A stretch of 38,213 bases of DNA. Origin: Candidatus Adlerbacteria bacterium (lineage in GTDB: Bacteria > Patescibacteriota > Minisyncoccia > Phycocordibacterales > SBAW01). A program made the position numbers and the translations under genes. Each line of letters opens with the position of its first letter. Within the stretch, counting starts at the first letter, position 1. The stretch lies in the NCBI GenBank assembly GCA_026397405.1, contig JAPLUW010000002.1, positions 1-38,213 of the forward strand. Direction: 5' to 3'. Positions 26,764 to 35,400 of the stretch are shown in pieces. The notes beneath the pieces were generated by a model, which was not told where the DNA came from, did not search any database, and saw only the letters and a program-made list of their open reading frames with translations.

Positions 26764-26831
26764 TGTGGATAACTTTATGCGGGGAAGTGGGGCAAAATGT
26801 CATATACTGGTGAGTAGTGGGATGAAGTGGG
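26764..26831 (+). promoter_or_regulatory. mraZ/dcw promoter with MraZ boxes and a DnaA box
   Basis: GTGGG at 26787, 26817 and 26827 (10-nt phase); TATACT 26803-26808; TGTGGATAA (DnaA box consensus) 26764-26772. Confidence 0.8.
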
Positions 26832-26846
26832 ATACCCGCGAACTGT

Positions 26847-27281
26847 ATGCTCATTGGCGAATATCTACATACTCTGGACAGCAAAAAGCGTCTTTCGCTT
26901 CCCGCAAAATTTAGGAAGGAGGTTGGTCGTAAAGTTGTTATTACGCGCGGTTTGGACGCTTGTTTGTTTATGTTCCCGCAAAAGTCGTGGGACAAAATTG
27001 CCGAAAAGTTGGCGAACCTACCCATTGGCCAGGCAGACACACGAGGTATGAGCCGTTTCCTGCTTTCTGGCGCAGTAGAGACAGACGTCGACAGTGCGGG
27101 CCGCATTTTGGTACCAGACTTCCTTAAAGACTTTGCCGACCTACGTTCGCGTGTTGTTTTGGCAGGAGTTTCGGACCGTATTGAAATGTGGAACGAAAAG
27201 ACCTGGGAAGAATATAAACGCCGCATTGAAAAAAGCGCTGACCAGATGGCGGAAAAAATGGGTGACTTAGGAATCCTTTGA
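26847..27281 (+). CDS. mraZ: Division/cell wall cluster transcriptional repressor MraZ
   Basis: GEY.HTLD.K.RLSLPAKFR, D.AGRIL.P, GV.DRIE.W. Confidence 0.97.
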   Translation: MLIGEYLHTLDSKKRLSLPAKFRKEVGRKVVITRGLDACLFMFPQKSWDKIAEKLANLPIGQADTRGMSRFLLSGAVETDVDSAGRILVPDFLKDFADLRSRVVLAGVSDRIEMWNEKTWEEYKRRIEKSADQMAEKMGDLGIL

Positions 27282-27286
27282 CATAT

Positions 27287-28273
27287 ATGACTGCACATTC
27301 TTTTACTTCTGTTCGTGTCCGGAGCAGCCTCTTGCGAGAGGAGGGCAGCTCTGCCCGCGAACAGAAGCAAGGGAAGGTGGATCCTGCTTCGGCTCACACC
27401 AGCGTAATGCTGGAAGAGGTTTTGCAATATTTAGATGTCAAAAAAGGTGAACAGGTTCTCGACGCAACAGCAGGGCAGGGTGGCCATTGTTACGCGATAC
27501 TAAAAAACACTCCCGGCTCCCGTGTGCTTGCACTCGACGCCGACCCTGTGTCGGTAGACTTGGCTGGAAAGCGACTTGCCCCATTTGGCGAACGTGCGCA
27601 AGTAGTTGAAGCAAATTTTGGTGATATTGAAAAAGTTATCAAAAAGCAGGGTATTAAAACAATTGATAAAGCACTCTTTGACCTAGGGTGGAACTCCGGC
27701 CAATTAGGCCTTGGAAGAGGTTTTTCATTTTTAGTAGATGAGCCGCTCGACATGAGCTACGGCACACAGTCTGCTTCAAGTTTTACTGCAGCCGAAGCGT
27801 TAAATGAATGGGAGGAAGAGACTCTTGCGAATGTTTTTTATGGGTACGGCGAAGAGCGCTACGCGCGCCGTATTGCCAAAGCAATAGTTGAACGTCGCGA
27901 GACTAAGCCCTTTGCCACAACTCTTGAGTTGGTGGAAGTTGTGCGGGACAGCACTCCAAGTGCCTACCACCGCGGCCGCCTCCACTTTGCAACACGCACA
28001 TTCCAAGGGTTGCGCATGGCTGTTAATGACGAACTTGGGGTTATAAACCGTGGGGTAACGTCCACGTGGGAGCACTTGTCGCCCGGCGGCCGTATTGCGG
28101 TCATAACGTTCCATAGTATTGAAGACCGCGCGGTTAAGCGATTGTTTGCCGACTTTGTGAAAGGTGGTGGACGTTTAGTGTTTAAAAAACCACTGGTGCC
28201 ATCCCGGGCCGAGGTTGTGGCAAACCCCCGAGCCCGCAGCGCCAAACTCCGCGTTATTGAAAAATCTCTCTAA
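27287..28273 (+). CDS. rsmH: 16S rRNA m4C1402 methyltransferase RsmH with N-terminal insertion
   Basis: HTSVMLEE, DAT.GQGGH, DLG, FQ.LR.AVN.EL, FHSIEDR, NPRARSAKLR. Confidence 0.96.
   Translation: MTAHSFTSVRVRSSLLREEGSSAREQKQGKVDPASAHTSVMLEEVLQYLDVKKGEQVLDATAGQGGHCYAILKNTPGSRVLALDADPVSVDLAGKRLAPFGERAQVVEANFGDIEKVIKKQGIKTIDKALFDLGWNSGQLGLGRGFSFLVDEPLDMSYGTQSASSFTAAEALNEWEEETLANVFYGYGEERYARRIAKAIVERRETKPFATTLELVEVVRDSTPSAYHRGRLHFATRTFQGLRMAVNDELGVINRGVTSTWEHLSPGGRIAVITFHSIEDRAVKRLFADFVKGGGRLVFKKPLVPSRAEVVANPRARSAKLRVIEKSL
27298..27375. repeat. Palindromic element in frame in the rsmH 5' end
   Basis: TTACTTCTGTTCGTG (27303-27317) / CGCGAACAGAAGCAA (27356-27370); inner GGAGC/GCTCT and CCTCT-TGCG-AGAGG. 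Confidence 0.7.
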
Positions 28274-28278
28274 ACTAT

Positions 28279-28596
28279 ATGAACACTAAAAGTCTCGCTC
28301 TCTATCAAGTCTACCTCTCCCGCAGTATCGCGCTGCTCGCAGGTGTGTGTGCGTTGTCGGTTTTTTTATACGGTACGTTTTTACTACTCGCAGTTGAACA
28401 TACCGCCGCACGCACAGCGATTGGGAAACAAGTGAGCGAAACAACTCTGCAGTTGAGCACGCTCGAAGCAGAATATCTTGCAAAAACAAAAGAGCTAACA
28501 CGCGCCAGCGCAGTAACTCTTGGCTTTACCACACCGGTTGCTGTTGCCGCTGTGTTTGAAACGGGCGACGCGCGGTCACTTTCTCTACGACGATAA
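28279..28596 (+). CDS. FtsL-like cell division protein
   Basis: Single TM, coiled coil and A..LGF motif; between rsmH and ftsI. Confidence 0.65.
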   Translation: MNTKSLALYQVYLSRSIALLAGVCALSVFLYGTFLLLAVEHTAARTAIGKQVSETTLQLSTLEAEYLAKTKELTRASAVTLGFTTPVAVAAVFETGDARSLSLRR

Positions 28597-30308
28597 TGAA
28601 CAAACGGTTTCTTGGGAGGGTGCGGATGCTGACGCTCTTTTTTGTAACGGTCTCGCTCGTGCTTGTAGGCCGGCTTTATTTTTTGCAAATTGTGCGTGGT
28701 CCTGCATATACCACTCGTGCCGACGCACAATTTACTGAACCTGCAACGTCTCTTCCTACCCGCGGTATTATATATTTTAGCGACAACGCAGGTACAGAAA
28801 TCGCTGCGGCAGTAATAAAAGACGGCTTTGCTATTGCAGTAAACCCTACCAAGGTCACCGACGCAGAAGCCTTGTGGACAGCTCTCCAGGGAGCCGTTAC
28901 GCTTTCGCACGACGCATTTATAGCAAAAGCAACTAAGTCGGGGAGCCAGTATCAACTGGTGGCGCAGCATTTAAGTGGTGATGTTGGTGAGGCGCTCCAA
29001 GCAAAACAACTTCCTGGGCTTATTGTGCAGCAAGACAGATGGCGTTCGTATCCGGGGGGCTCGCTTGCCGCACAAGAAATTGGGTTTGTTGCCTACAACG
29101 GAGGTGACAGCCAGGAAGGCCGCTATGGGCTGGAGCGCCAGTACAACCAGACACTTGAACGCAGCGCCCAAGACCTGTACAAAAACTTTTTTGTCGAACT
29201 CTTTGGTGGGGTCAAGTCGGTGCTTGAAGGCGCTCCCCAAGAAGGCGATATCATCACTACGATAGAGCCGTCGGTACAAAGCGAACTTGAACGCCAGTTG
29301 GCACTGTACGACAGCACATGGCACCCAAAACTTGCGGGCGGCATTATCATGAACCCGCAAAATGGCGAAATATACGCGATGGCTGTAGCGCCGACGTTTG
29401 ACCTCAATGCGTTTAACTTGCAAACTAACCCGCTTGTGTATGCAAACCCCCTTGTGCAAAACGTGTACGAAATGGGTTCGATTTTTAAACCGCTTACAAT
29501 GGCAGCCGGTATAGACTCGGGCGCGGTGACAGAAAATACGACCTACAACGACACAGGTTCTATAACAGTTGACGGTAAAAAAATTTCAAACTTCGACTTT
29601 AAAGCGCGTGGGGTGATACCGATGCAGCAAATTTTGAGCCAGTCGCTCAACGTCGGTGCGTCGTTTGTTGCCACACGCATGGGCTCAGCAACGATGCGTA
29701 ACTATTTCCTCGACCACTATGGGCTAGGGTCAACGACAGGTATCGACATGCCGGGGGAAGTCCGCGGTATTGTCGGCAACTTGTCGTCGCCCCGCCAGGT
29801 CGAATATGACACAGCGTCGTTTGGGCAAGGTATCGCCAACACTCCTGTTGAAACAGTGCGTGCGCTTGCAACGCTTGCAAACGGCGGCTACTTGGTAACC
29901 CCTCACTTGGTCCGTGCAATACGCTACACGGTTGGTATCACCAAACCAATTTCACTCCCGGAAAAAGTGCAGGTACTAAAACCAGAAACGTCTACCACCG
30001 TAAGTCGCATGCTTACTGCTGTTGTCGACACGGCACTCGCTAAAGGGGAAGACAAGATAGAGCATTACAGTGTTGCGGCCAAAACGGGCACAGCCCAAAT
30101 TGCAAACCCTTCGGGTGGGGGCTACTATAGCGACAGGTTCCTGCACAGTTTTGTTGGGTATTTCCCGTCGTACAACGCAAAATTTATTGTATTTTTGTTC
30201 GCAGTAGAACCTGTCGGCGCGCCGTATGCGTCGACTACACTTGCACCTCCTTGGCACGAACTAACACAGTTTCTTATCAACTATTACAACGTTCCTCCTG
30301 ACAGATAG
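28596..30308 (+). CDS. ftsI: Peptidoglycan D,D-transpeptidase FtsI (PBP3)
   Basis: RG.I, G..GLE..Y, GSIFK (SxxK), SLN (SxN), KTGT; dcw context. Confidence 0.9.
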   Translation: MNKRFLGRVRMLTLFFVTVSLVLVGRLYFLQIVRGPAYTTRADAQFTEPATSLPTRGIIYFSDNAGTEIAAAVIKDGFAIAVNPTKVTDAEALWTALQGAVTLSHDAFIAKATKSGSQYQLVAQHLSGDVGEALQAKQLPGLIVQQDRWRSYPGGSLAAQEIGFVAYNGGDSQEGRYGLERQYNQTLERSAQDLYKNFFVELFGGVKSVLEGAPQEGDIITTIEPSVQSELERQLALYDSTWHPKLAGGIIMNPQNGEIYAMAVAPTFDLNAFNLQTNPLVYANPLVQNVYEMGSIFKPLTMAAGIDSGAVTENTTYNDTGSITVDGKKISNFDFKARGVIPMQQILSQSLNVGASFVATRMGSATMRNYFLDHYGLGSTTGIDMPGEVRGIVGNLSSPRQVEYDTASFGQGIANTPVETVRALATLANGGYLVTPHLVRAIRYTVGITKPISLPEKVQVLKPETSTTVSRMLTAVVDTALAKGEDKIEHYSVAAKTGTAQIANPSGGGYYSDRFLHSFVGYFPSYNAKFIVFLFAVEPVGAPYASTTLAPPWHELTQFLINYYNVPPDR

Positions 30309-30339
30309 TCAGCCCGGTACAGACGACTAACATCATTGT

Positions 30340-31647
30340 ATGCGCACACTCTTTAAAAAATGCATCGTCTATGTTCTAACGCTGGAAGCGCGGCTTGTCG
30401 TACGCAAGTACAAGCCGCGCATTGTGGCAGTCACCGGGAGTGTGGGCAAAACATCTACGAAAGATGCTATTTACAGCGTCCTTGCCGAAAATGCTCATGT
30501 GCGCAAAAGCGACAAAAGTTTTAACAGCGAAGTTGGGTTGCCGCTGACCATACTCGGGTGCCCAAATGCGTGGAGTAACCCGCTGCGATGGCTACAAAAT
30601 ATTGTCGACGGGCTTATTTTAATTATCTTCAAAACTACCTACCCTGAATGGTTGGTGCTGGAAGTGGGTGCAGACAGGCCTGGCGATATTAGTTCGCTCG
30701 CAGCGTGGCTACCTGTCGACATTGCGGTGATAACCAGGCTGCCTGAAGTACCTGTGCACGTCGAATTTTTTGACTCAGCTGATGCGGTTGTTGCAGAAAA
30801 AGCGTCGCTTATTAACGCACTCAAAAAAGATGGAACACTGGTGGTCTACGCCGACGACAACCGCAGAGACGTGCTTGTACAAAAAGCACAGGCACGCGGG
30901 GTGCGTATTGTGACATTTGGTCTGCTCGACACTGCCGACGTGTATGCGTCGGGTTTTTCAGTTGTGCGTGAAGAGGGCGGCAATAACTGGCCCATTGGTA
31001 TGGAGTCGCATATAACAGCGGGCGGTATAAGCGCACCGGTTTCGACGCTCGGTATACTTGGCTCACACATGGTGTTGCCGCTTGTTGCAGCGGCTGCAGT
31101 GGGTAGTGCGGTAGGGAAGACCTTGCCTGAAATTGCAGAAGCGCTTAGTCACTACACGCCACCACACGGCCGCATGCGTCTGCTTCCTGGTATTAAAGAC
31201 ACACGTATTATTGACGACACGTACAACTCGTCCCCGGTCGCGGTTGTGGCTGCACTTGATGCACTAAAACTTATCGCGCCACGAGGTCGCGTTATTGCAG
31301 TGTTTGCCGACATGCTCGAACTTGGACGGCATTCGGTGGAAGAACACAGAAAAATAGGTGCGTATGCTGCAGGTATTGTCGACATACTCGTGACGGTCGG
31401 CTTCCGTGCGCGCGACGCGGCAAACGGTGCACTTGATGCAGGGCTTGCCGACGGGAATATATTTCAATATGAAGATGCCGAAAAAGCGGGGGAGGAACTT
31501 GCGGCGATGCTCGCACCCGGTGACGTAGTGTTGGTCAAAGGTTCTCAAAGTATGAGGATGGAAAAAACAGTTGAACATGTAATGCTCAACCCCGAACGCG
31601 CAGGCGAGCTCCTGGTGCGTCAGGAGTTAAACTGGAAGAATAGATAA
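30340..31647 (+). CDS. murF: UDP-MurNAc-tripeptide--D-Ala-D-Ala ligase
   Basis: VTGSVGKTSTK, FNSEVGLPLT, DDTYNSSP, DMLELG, VLVKGS. Confidence 0.93.
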   Translation: MRTLFKKCIVYVLTLEARLVVRKYKPRIVAVTGSVGKTSTKDAIYSVLAENAHVRKSDKSFNSEVGLPLTILGCPNAWSNPLRWLQNIVDGLILIIFKTTYPEWLVLEVGADRPGDISSLAAWLPVDIAVITRLPEVPVHVEFFDSADAVVAEKASLINALKKDGTLVVYADDNRRDVLVQKAQARGVRIVTFGLLDTADVYASGFSVVREEGGNNWPIGMESHITAGGISAPVSTLGILGSHMVLPLVAAAAVGSAVGKTLPEIAEALSHYTPPHGRMRLLPGIKDTRIIDDTYNSSPVAVVAALDALKLIAPRGRVIAVFADMLELGRHSVEEHRKIGAYAAGIVDILVTVGFRARDAANGALDAGLADGNIFQYEDAEKAGEELAAMLAPGDVVLVKGSQSMRMEKTVEHVMLNPERAGELLVRQELNWKNR

Positions 31648-31672
31648 AAATATCGTAGAGTAGCAACGTTAC

Positions 31673-31744
31673 GGCCCTATCGTCTAACGGTTAGGACGGA
31701 AGCTTCTCAAGCTTTAAATCGGGGTTCGATTCCCCGTAGGGTCA
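31673..31744 (+). tRNA. trnE: tRNA-Glu(CUC)
   Basis: GGCCCTA...GAAGC TT CTC AA GCTTT...CGGGG TTCGATT CCCCG TAGGGTC A; anticodon 31706-31708; CCA not encoded. Confidence 0.95.
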
Positions 31745-31794
31745 TGCCAATAAAGAGCTCAACTTAGAAATACCCAATTTGGTACACTGGGTGT

Positions 31795-32442
31795 ATGAGT
31801 CAAAAAACAATTATCGGTATAGGATCTTTACTTATTCTTATTGCTCTCGGCACATACAGCTATACACACTACACGCCACCAGCGTCGACTACAGTTTCAA
31901 ACGCAGACGACTCTGCAATACGGGCTGTGGTAGAAGACTACAGCAAAACACTCGGGGAAGGCCGGCTCGACATTGTGTCTGTCACGCCGCGGGCTTCTGG
32001 GCGCGCATTTGAGTCGTACCAAGTAGAAGCGAATATGATTGTGATGGACGTGTCTCAAGCAAATGGGGAAGTTCCCGTTGGTGTGCAGCCACTTTCGCTC
32101 ACGGTTGAAAAACAGGGGAGTGCGTGGGTAGTAACAGCATTTACCAAAGGCGCATACAGCGAACTCCCTCACAGCCAAACCATTGTAGGTTTTTGGGAAT
32201 GTTTGCCACACAAAAACACAAGTGGCCCGCAAACTACAGAATGTGCATTTGGCATAGCTCGCGACCAAAGTGACGGACACTATGCGATAGATACGTCGCT
32301 CATGTCGACCTATCCTGTAGACTTTGCAACTGGTACCAAGGTGCAGGTGACAGGCATTGTCACACCGGCAAACCAATTAAGTAGTGTGCAAAAATATGAC
32401 ATCGACGGCGTTATACGTGCCACAAGTATTGTAAAAATATAA
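31795..32442 (+). CDS. Hypothetical membrane-anchored/secreted protein
   Basis: N-terminal TM; CLPH...QT.ECAFG motif; TACACT 6 nt before ATG. Confidence 0.8.
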   Translation: MSQKTIIGIGSLLILIALGTYSYTHYTPPASTTVSNADDSAIRAVVEDYSKTLGEGRLDIVSVTPRASGRAFESYQVEANMIVMDVSQANGEVPVGVQPLSLTVEKQGSAWVVTAFTKGAYSELPHSQTIVGFWECLPHKNTSGPQTTECAFGIARDQSDGHYAIDTSLMSTYPVDFATGTKVQVTGIVTPANQLSSVQKYDIDGVIRATSIVKI

Positions 32443-32481
32443 AAAGAAAAAAGCGGTTGGATTTTTAGGTCCTTCCGCTTT
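32441..32481 (-). terminator. Intrinsic terminator (-)
   Basis: AAAGCGG...CCGCTTT stem; minus-strand tail TTTTTTCTTTTT. Confidence 0.65.
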
Positions 32482-32490
32482 CGGTGCTGC

Positions 32491-32760
32491 CTAGTAGTAG
32501 CGAACGACAGTTGTTCTGTGCCAACGTCGTGCACGGACAACTGGTGCTGGGTAGTAAGCCACAGGTGCAGGCTCTATATATGCCGACCGGTAGTATGTCA
32601 CCGTTGAAGTCGGTGGCGGTGGTGGAGCCGGAGCCACATCGTACACGACCGTCCTCTGCGGAGGGGGTGCGTCGTACATCACCGCTGGCCTGACCTCATA
32701 AATGGCGCACCCACCGAGGGCTACCGGCAGTATCAGGCAAGCCAAAAGAACTTGTCGCAT
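32491..32760 (-). CDS. Small Pro/Tyr-rich lipoprotein
   Basis: Lipobox LGGC after a hydrophobic signal; SD GGGAG; promoter TTGACT-17-TATAGT (32819-32791). Confidence 0.75.
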   Translation of the reverse strand: MRQVLLACLILPVALGGCAIYEVRPAVMYDAPPPQRTVVYDVAPAPPPPPTSTVTYYRSAYIEPAPVAYYPAPVVRARRWHRTTVVRYY

Positions 32761-32820
32761 GTACGTCTCCCAAGATGAGAATCCTATAAAACTATAGGAC
32801 TTTTTTAACTCTTAGTCAAC

Positions 32821-33273
32821 TTAGGCAAACATGCCGTCGACTACCTCTTTGACGACGTTGCCGTCGGCTTTTCCTTTCAAGTCTTTCATGAGCATACCCA
32901 TCAGCTGGTTTGCTTTTGTTTTGTCAGTTATGCCAAGCTCTGCAGCTTTTGCGGTGGCGAGCACCTGCACATCTTGCTTGTTCATAAGTGCAGGCAGGAA
33001 GCTGTCCAAAATGGCGAGCTCTTCTTTTTCTTTATCGGCCAAGTCGGCGCGGCCGCCTTTTTCAAACTGTTCGATAGAGTCTTTGCGCTGTTTTGCACCA
33101 CGGCGGATAAGTGCGTTTAAGTCCTCTTCGGAAAGCTCGTCGGTTGGTTTTTTACCCTTGGCAACAAGCTCGTTTGTGGCGTTTGAAAGTAGGCCACGTA
33201 GTACCGAGAGGCGGACTTCCGCGCGCGCCTTCATCGCTGCTTTTATCTGCTCTCTGAGTTCAGTATGGGTCAT
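32821..33273 (-). CDS. yqeY: GatB/YqeY domain protein
   Basis: K.AMKA, KQRKDSIEQF..GGR.DLA.KE..E..IL..FLP, KGKADG. Confidence 0.93.
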   Translation of the reverse strand: MTHTELREQIKAAMKARAEVRLSVLRGLLSNATNELVAKGKKPTDELSEEDLNALIRRGAKQRKDSIEQFEKGGRADLADKEKEELAILDSFLPALMNKQDVQVLATAKAAELGITDKTKANQLMGMLMKDLKGKADGNVVKEVVDGMFA

Positions 33274-33320
33274 ATGCAGGTAATACTACCAAAAAAACCT
33301 TTCGTGATAAACTGCTTGCT

Positions 33321-34421
33321 ATGACGCAAATACTTATAGGGCTGTTGATACTTATTGCACTCGGCAACGGTGCATTTTTATACATGTTGTGGAAAAAAGG
33401 CCAGGAGCCTGCTGCTGTGCCTCCAACCGACACGCAGGGGATGCTTTTGCTCCAAAACCAACTTGCAGAGCTTACTCGTGCGATGGACAACAAGCTTGGG
33501 GAAGGCACCAAGACAATGTCCGACTTTATGTCGAGCCAAACAAACCAGGGCCACCAGTTGATGAGCACCATTACCAAACAAGTGCAGGAACAGTTGCTTG
33601 AAGTGGTTAAGGGCGTGACCGAAACAAAAGAGTCGACCAAGCAAGTCTTTGTTATCGCCGAACAATTGAGCAATTTGGAAAAAGTGTTGAAGAACCAAAA
33701 ACAGCGCGGTAACTTGGGCGAGGCCAGCTTGGAACTTGTGATGAGCAACATCTTGCCCCCGGGCGCGTACGCGATGCAGTTTGAGTTCCCAGGAGGGGAG
33801 ACAGTCGACGCAATAATCCGCACAAAAGAAGGGTTTATCCCTGTGGATGCAAAATTCCCGCTCGAAAACTACACTCGTATCCATGACGAAAAAGACGACG
33901 AACGCCGTAAGGAATTTGAAGAGGCATTTAAGCGCGACTTAAAAAAGCGTATCGACGAGACAAGTAAATATGTGCGACCTAAAGACGGTACATTGCCGTT
34001 TGCGTTTATGTATATCCCAGCCGAAGGAATTTATTACGATTTGTTGAACGACGGCATTGGTGCGGTAAACACTCGCAGCTTACTGGACTACGCGCAGAAT
34101 GAGAAAAAGGTAATTATTGTCTCGCCTACAACATTTGCCGCGTACCTGCAGTCGGTGCTGTACGGCTTTAAAGCATTTAAAATTGAAGAGCAGGCAAAAG
34201 ACATTGCAAAAAATGTCGAAGCACTCGGCCGGCACATTAACGCGTACCAAGACTATTACAAGAAGCTGGGAGCGTCGCTTTCCACCACGGTGAACCACTT
34301 TAACGCGGGTACCAAAGAGCTGGGAAAGATAGAAAAAGACGTACTCAAAATCGACGCATCGGCTGATATTGCAATAGATATTGCCGTTATCGACCGACCA
34401 CTTATAGAGGGGAAGGATTAA
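33321..34421 (+). CDS. rmuC: DNA recombination protein RmuC
   Basis: RGNLGE..LE, VDAII, PVDAKFP, FMYIPAEGIY, SPTT. Confidence 0.92.
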   Translation: MTQILIGLLILIALGNGAFLYMLWKKGQEPAAVPPTDTQGMLLLQNQLAELTRAMDNKLGEGTKTMSDFMSSQTNQGHQLMSTITKQVQEQLLEVVKGVTETKESTKQVFVIAEQLSNLEKVLKNQKQRGNLGEASLELVMSNILPPGAYAMQFEFPGGETVDAIIRTKEGFIPVDAKFPLENYTRIHDEKDDERRKEFEEAFKRDLKKRIDETSKYVRPKDGTLPFAFMYIPAEGIYYDLLNDGIGAVNTRSLLDYAQNEKKVIIVSPTTFAAYLQSVLYGFKAFKIEEQAKDIAKNVEALGRHINAYQDYYKKLGASLSTTVNHFNAGTKELGKIEKDVLKIDASADIAIDIAVIDRPLIEGKD

Positions 34422-34456
34422 AAAAAAGAAAAGGCCGGACTTCTTCGTCCGGCCTT
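34420..34456 (-). terminator. Intrinsic terminator (-)
   Basis: AAGGCCGGAC/GTCCGGCCTT 10-bp stem followed by TTCTTTTTTTT, overlapping the rmuC stop. Confidence 0.88.
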
Positions 34457-34464
34457 GGGTCTGG

Positions 34465-34911
34465 TTAAACTTTGCTTGCCTCGTCGAAGAGAGACTCGAC
34501 CAGCTTTGTGTATTGAGGTGCCCAGTCTCGAATGATAGTCAGAGTGTGGACCGCCTCGCGGTCTTCGCGAATGAGGCGAAGGAGCTCGGCACGACCTTTT
34601 TGGGCCAGCTCTCGGCCTATCCTCGACCCAAACCACCGCCCACCAAAGGTGCAGACGATGAGGACCACTGAAATGAGGCCCACCACGAGCCACAGGTCAT
34701 TCGTGGGATCTGTGAGGAAGGTAGGCTTCCATTTGAGCGTTATCGCCCCGATGAAAACTAGTGCGATCACCATGCCGAACAAAGCCCCTTTTGCAGCGTT
34801 CTGCTCGTTAATGCTGATTGAGGAGAACAGCCGTTTCAGTTCCGCGGACCTGCGCTCAACCTCCTGTAGAGCCGCTTGCCTCATTTTGGCATTGGCGTCG
34901 ACATGTGCCAT
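34465..34911 (-). CDS. Hypothetical two-TM membrane protein (ORFan-like)
   Basis: 148 aa with two TM segments; SD-like AAAGGG; promoter TTGACC-17-TACAAC (34990-34962). Confidence 0.7.
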   Translation of the reverse strand: MAHVDANAKMRQAALQEVERRSAELKRLFSSISINEQNAAKGALFGMVIALVFIGAITLKWKPTFLTDPTNDLWLVVGLISVVLIVCTFGGRWFGSRIGRELAQKGRAELLRLIREDREAVHTLTIIRDWAPQYTKLVESLFDEASKV

Positions 34912-35035
34912 GAAGTACCCTTTTTTCGGTTGAAGGCGTCGAGGGACGTACCTCTGGCGTAGTTGTACCTATAAAAATAAGCCAGGTCAACCCGACTTGC
35001 ATAAAAAGCCCTTTTTAGGTATATTGTTTCGGTCT

Positions 35036-35374
35036 ATGGCAACTAAAGAAATGGCAAAGGAGTTCGCAATAATCGAGACCGGAGGCAAGCAATATCTTGT
35101 CGCGGAAGGCGATACCCTCAAGATCGAAAAACTGATGGGCGACCACAAAGTGGGCGACTCGGTTGCGTTCGACAATGTCCTCCTTGCTCAACATGGCGAG
35201 GACACAACCATCGGCACACCTTATATTAAGGGTGCAAAAGTCTCTGCAGAAATTTCAAAAATCTCTCGTGCAAAGAAAGTCGTCGTTATCAAATACAAAG
35301 CAAAGAGCAACTATTTTAAAAAGCGCGGCCATCGCCAGCCATTTTTTGAGGTAAAAATCTCAAGCATCAAATAA
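35036..35374 (+). CDS. rplU: 50S ribosomal protein L21
   Basis: FAIIETGGKQY.V..GD, KKRGHRQPF. Confidence 0.96.
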   Translation: MATKEMAKEFAIIETGGKQYLVAEGDTLKIEKLMGDHKVGDSVAFDNVLLAQHGEDTTIGTPYIKGAKVSAEISKISRAKKVVVIKYKAKSNYFKKRGHRQPFFEVKISSIK

Positions 35375-35396
35375 TCCGCCATTCGGCGGGTTTTTT
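35373..35396 (+). terminator. Intrinsic terminator
   Basis: AATCCGCC-ATTC-GGCGGGTT followed by T run. Confidence 0.8.
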
Positions 35397-35400
35397 GTTT

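Noticed and set aside
26779-26831. GTGGG repeats as a CRISPR or iteron array
   Set aside because: Short 10-nt-phased boxes directly upstream of mraZ are explained as MraZ operator sites; no CRISPR array or cas gene is visible in the window
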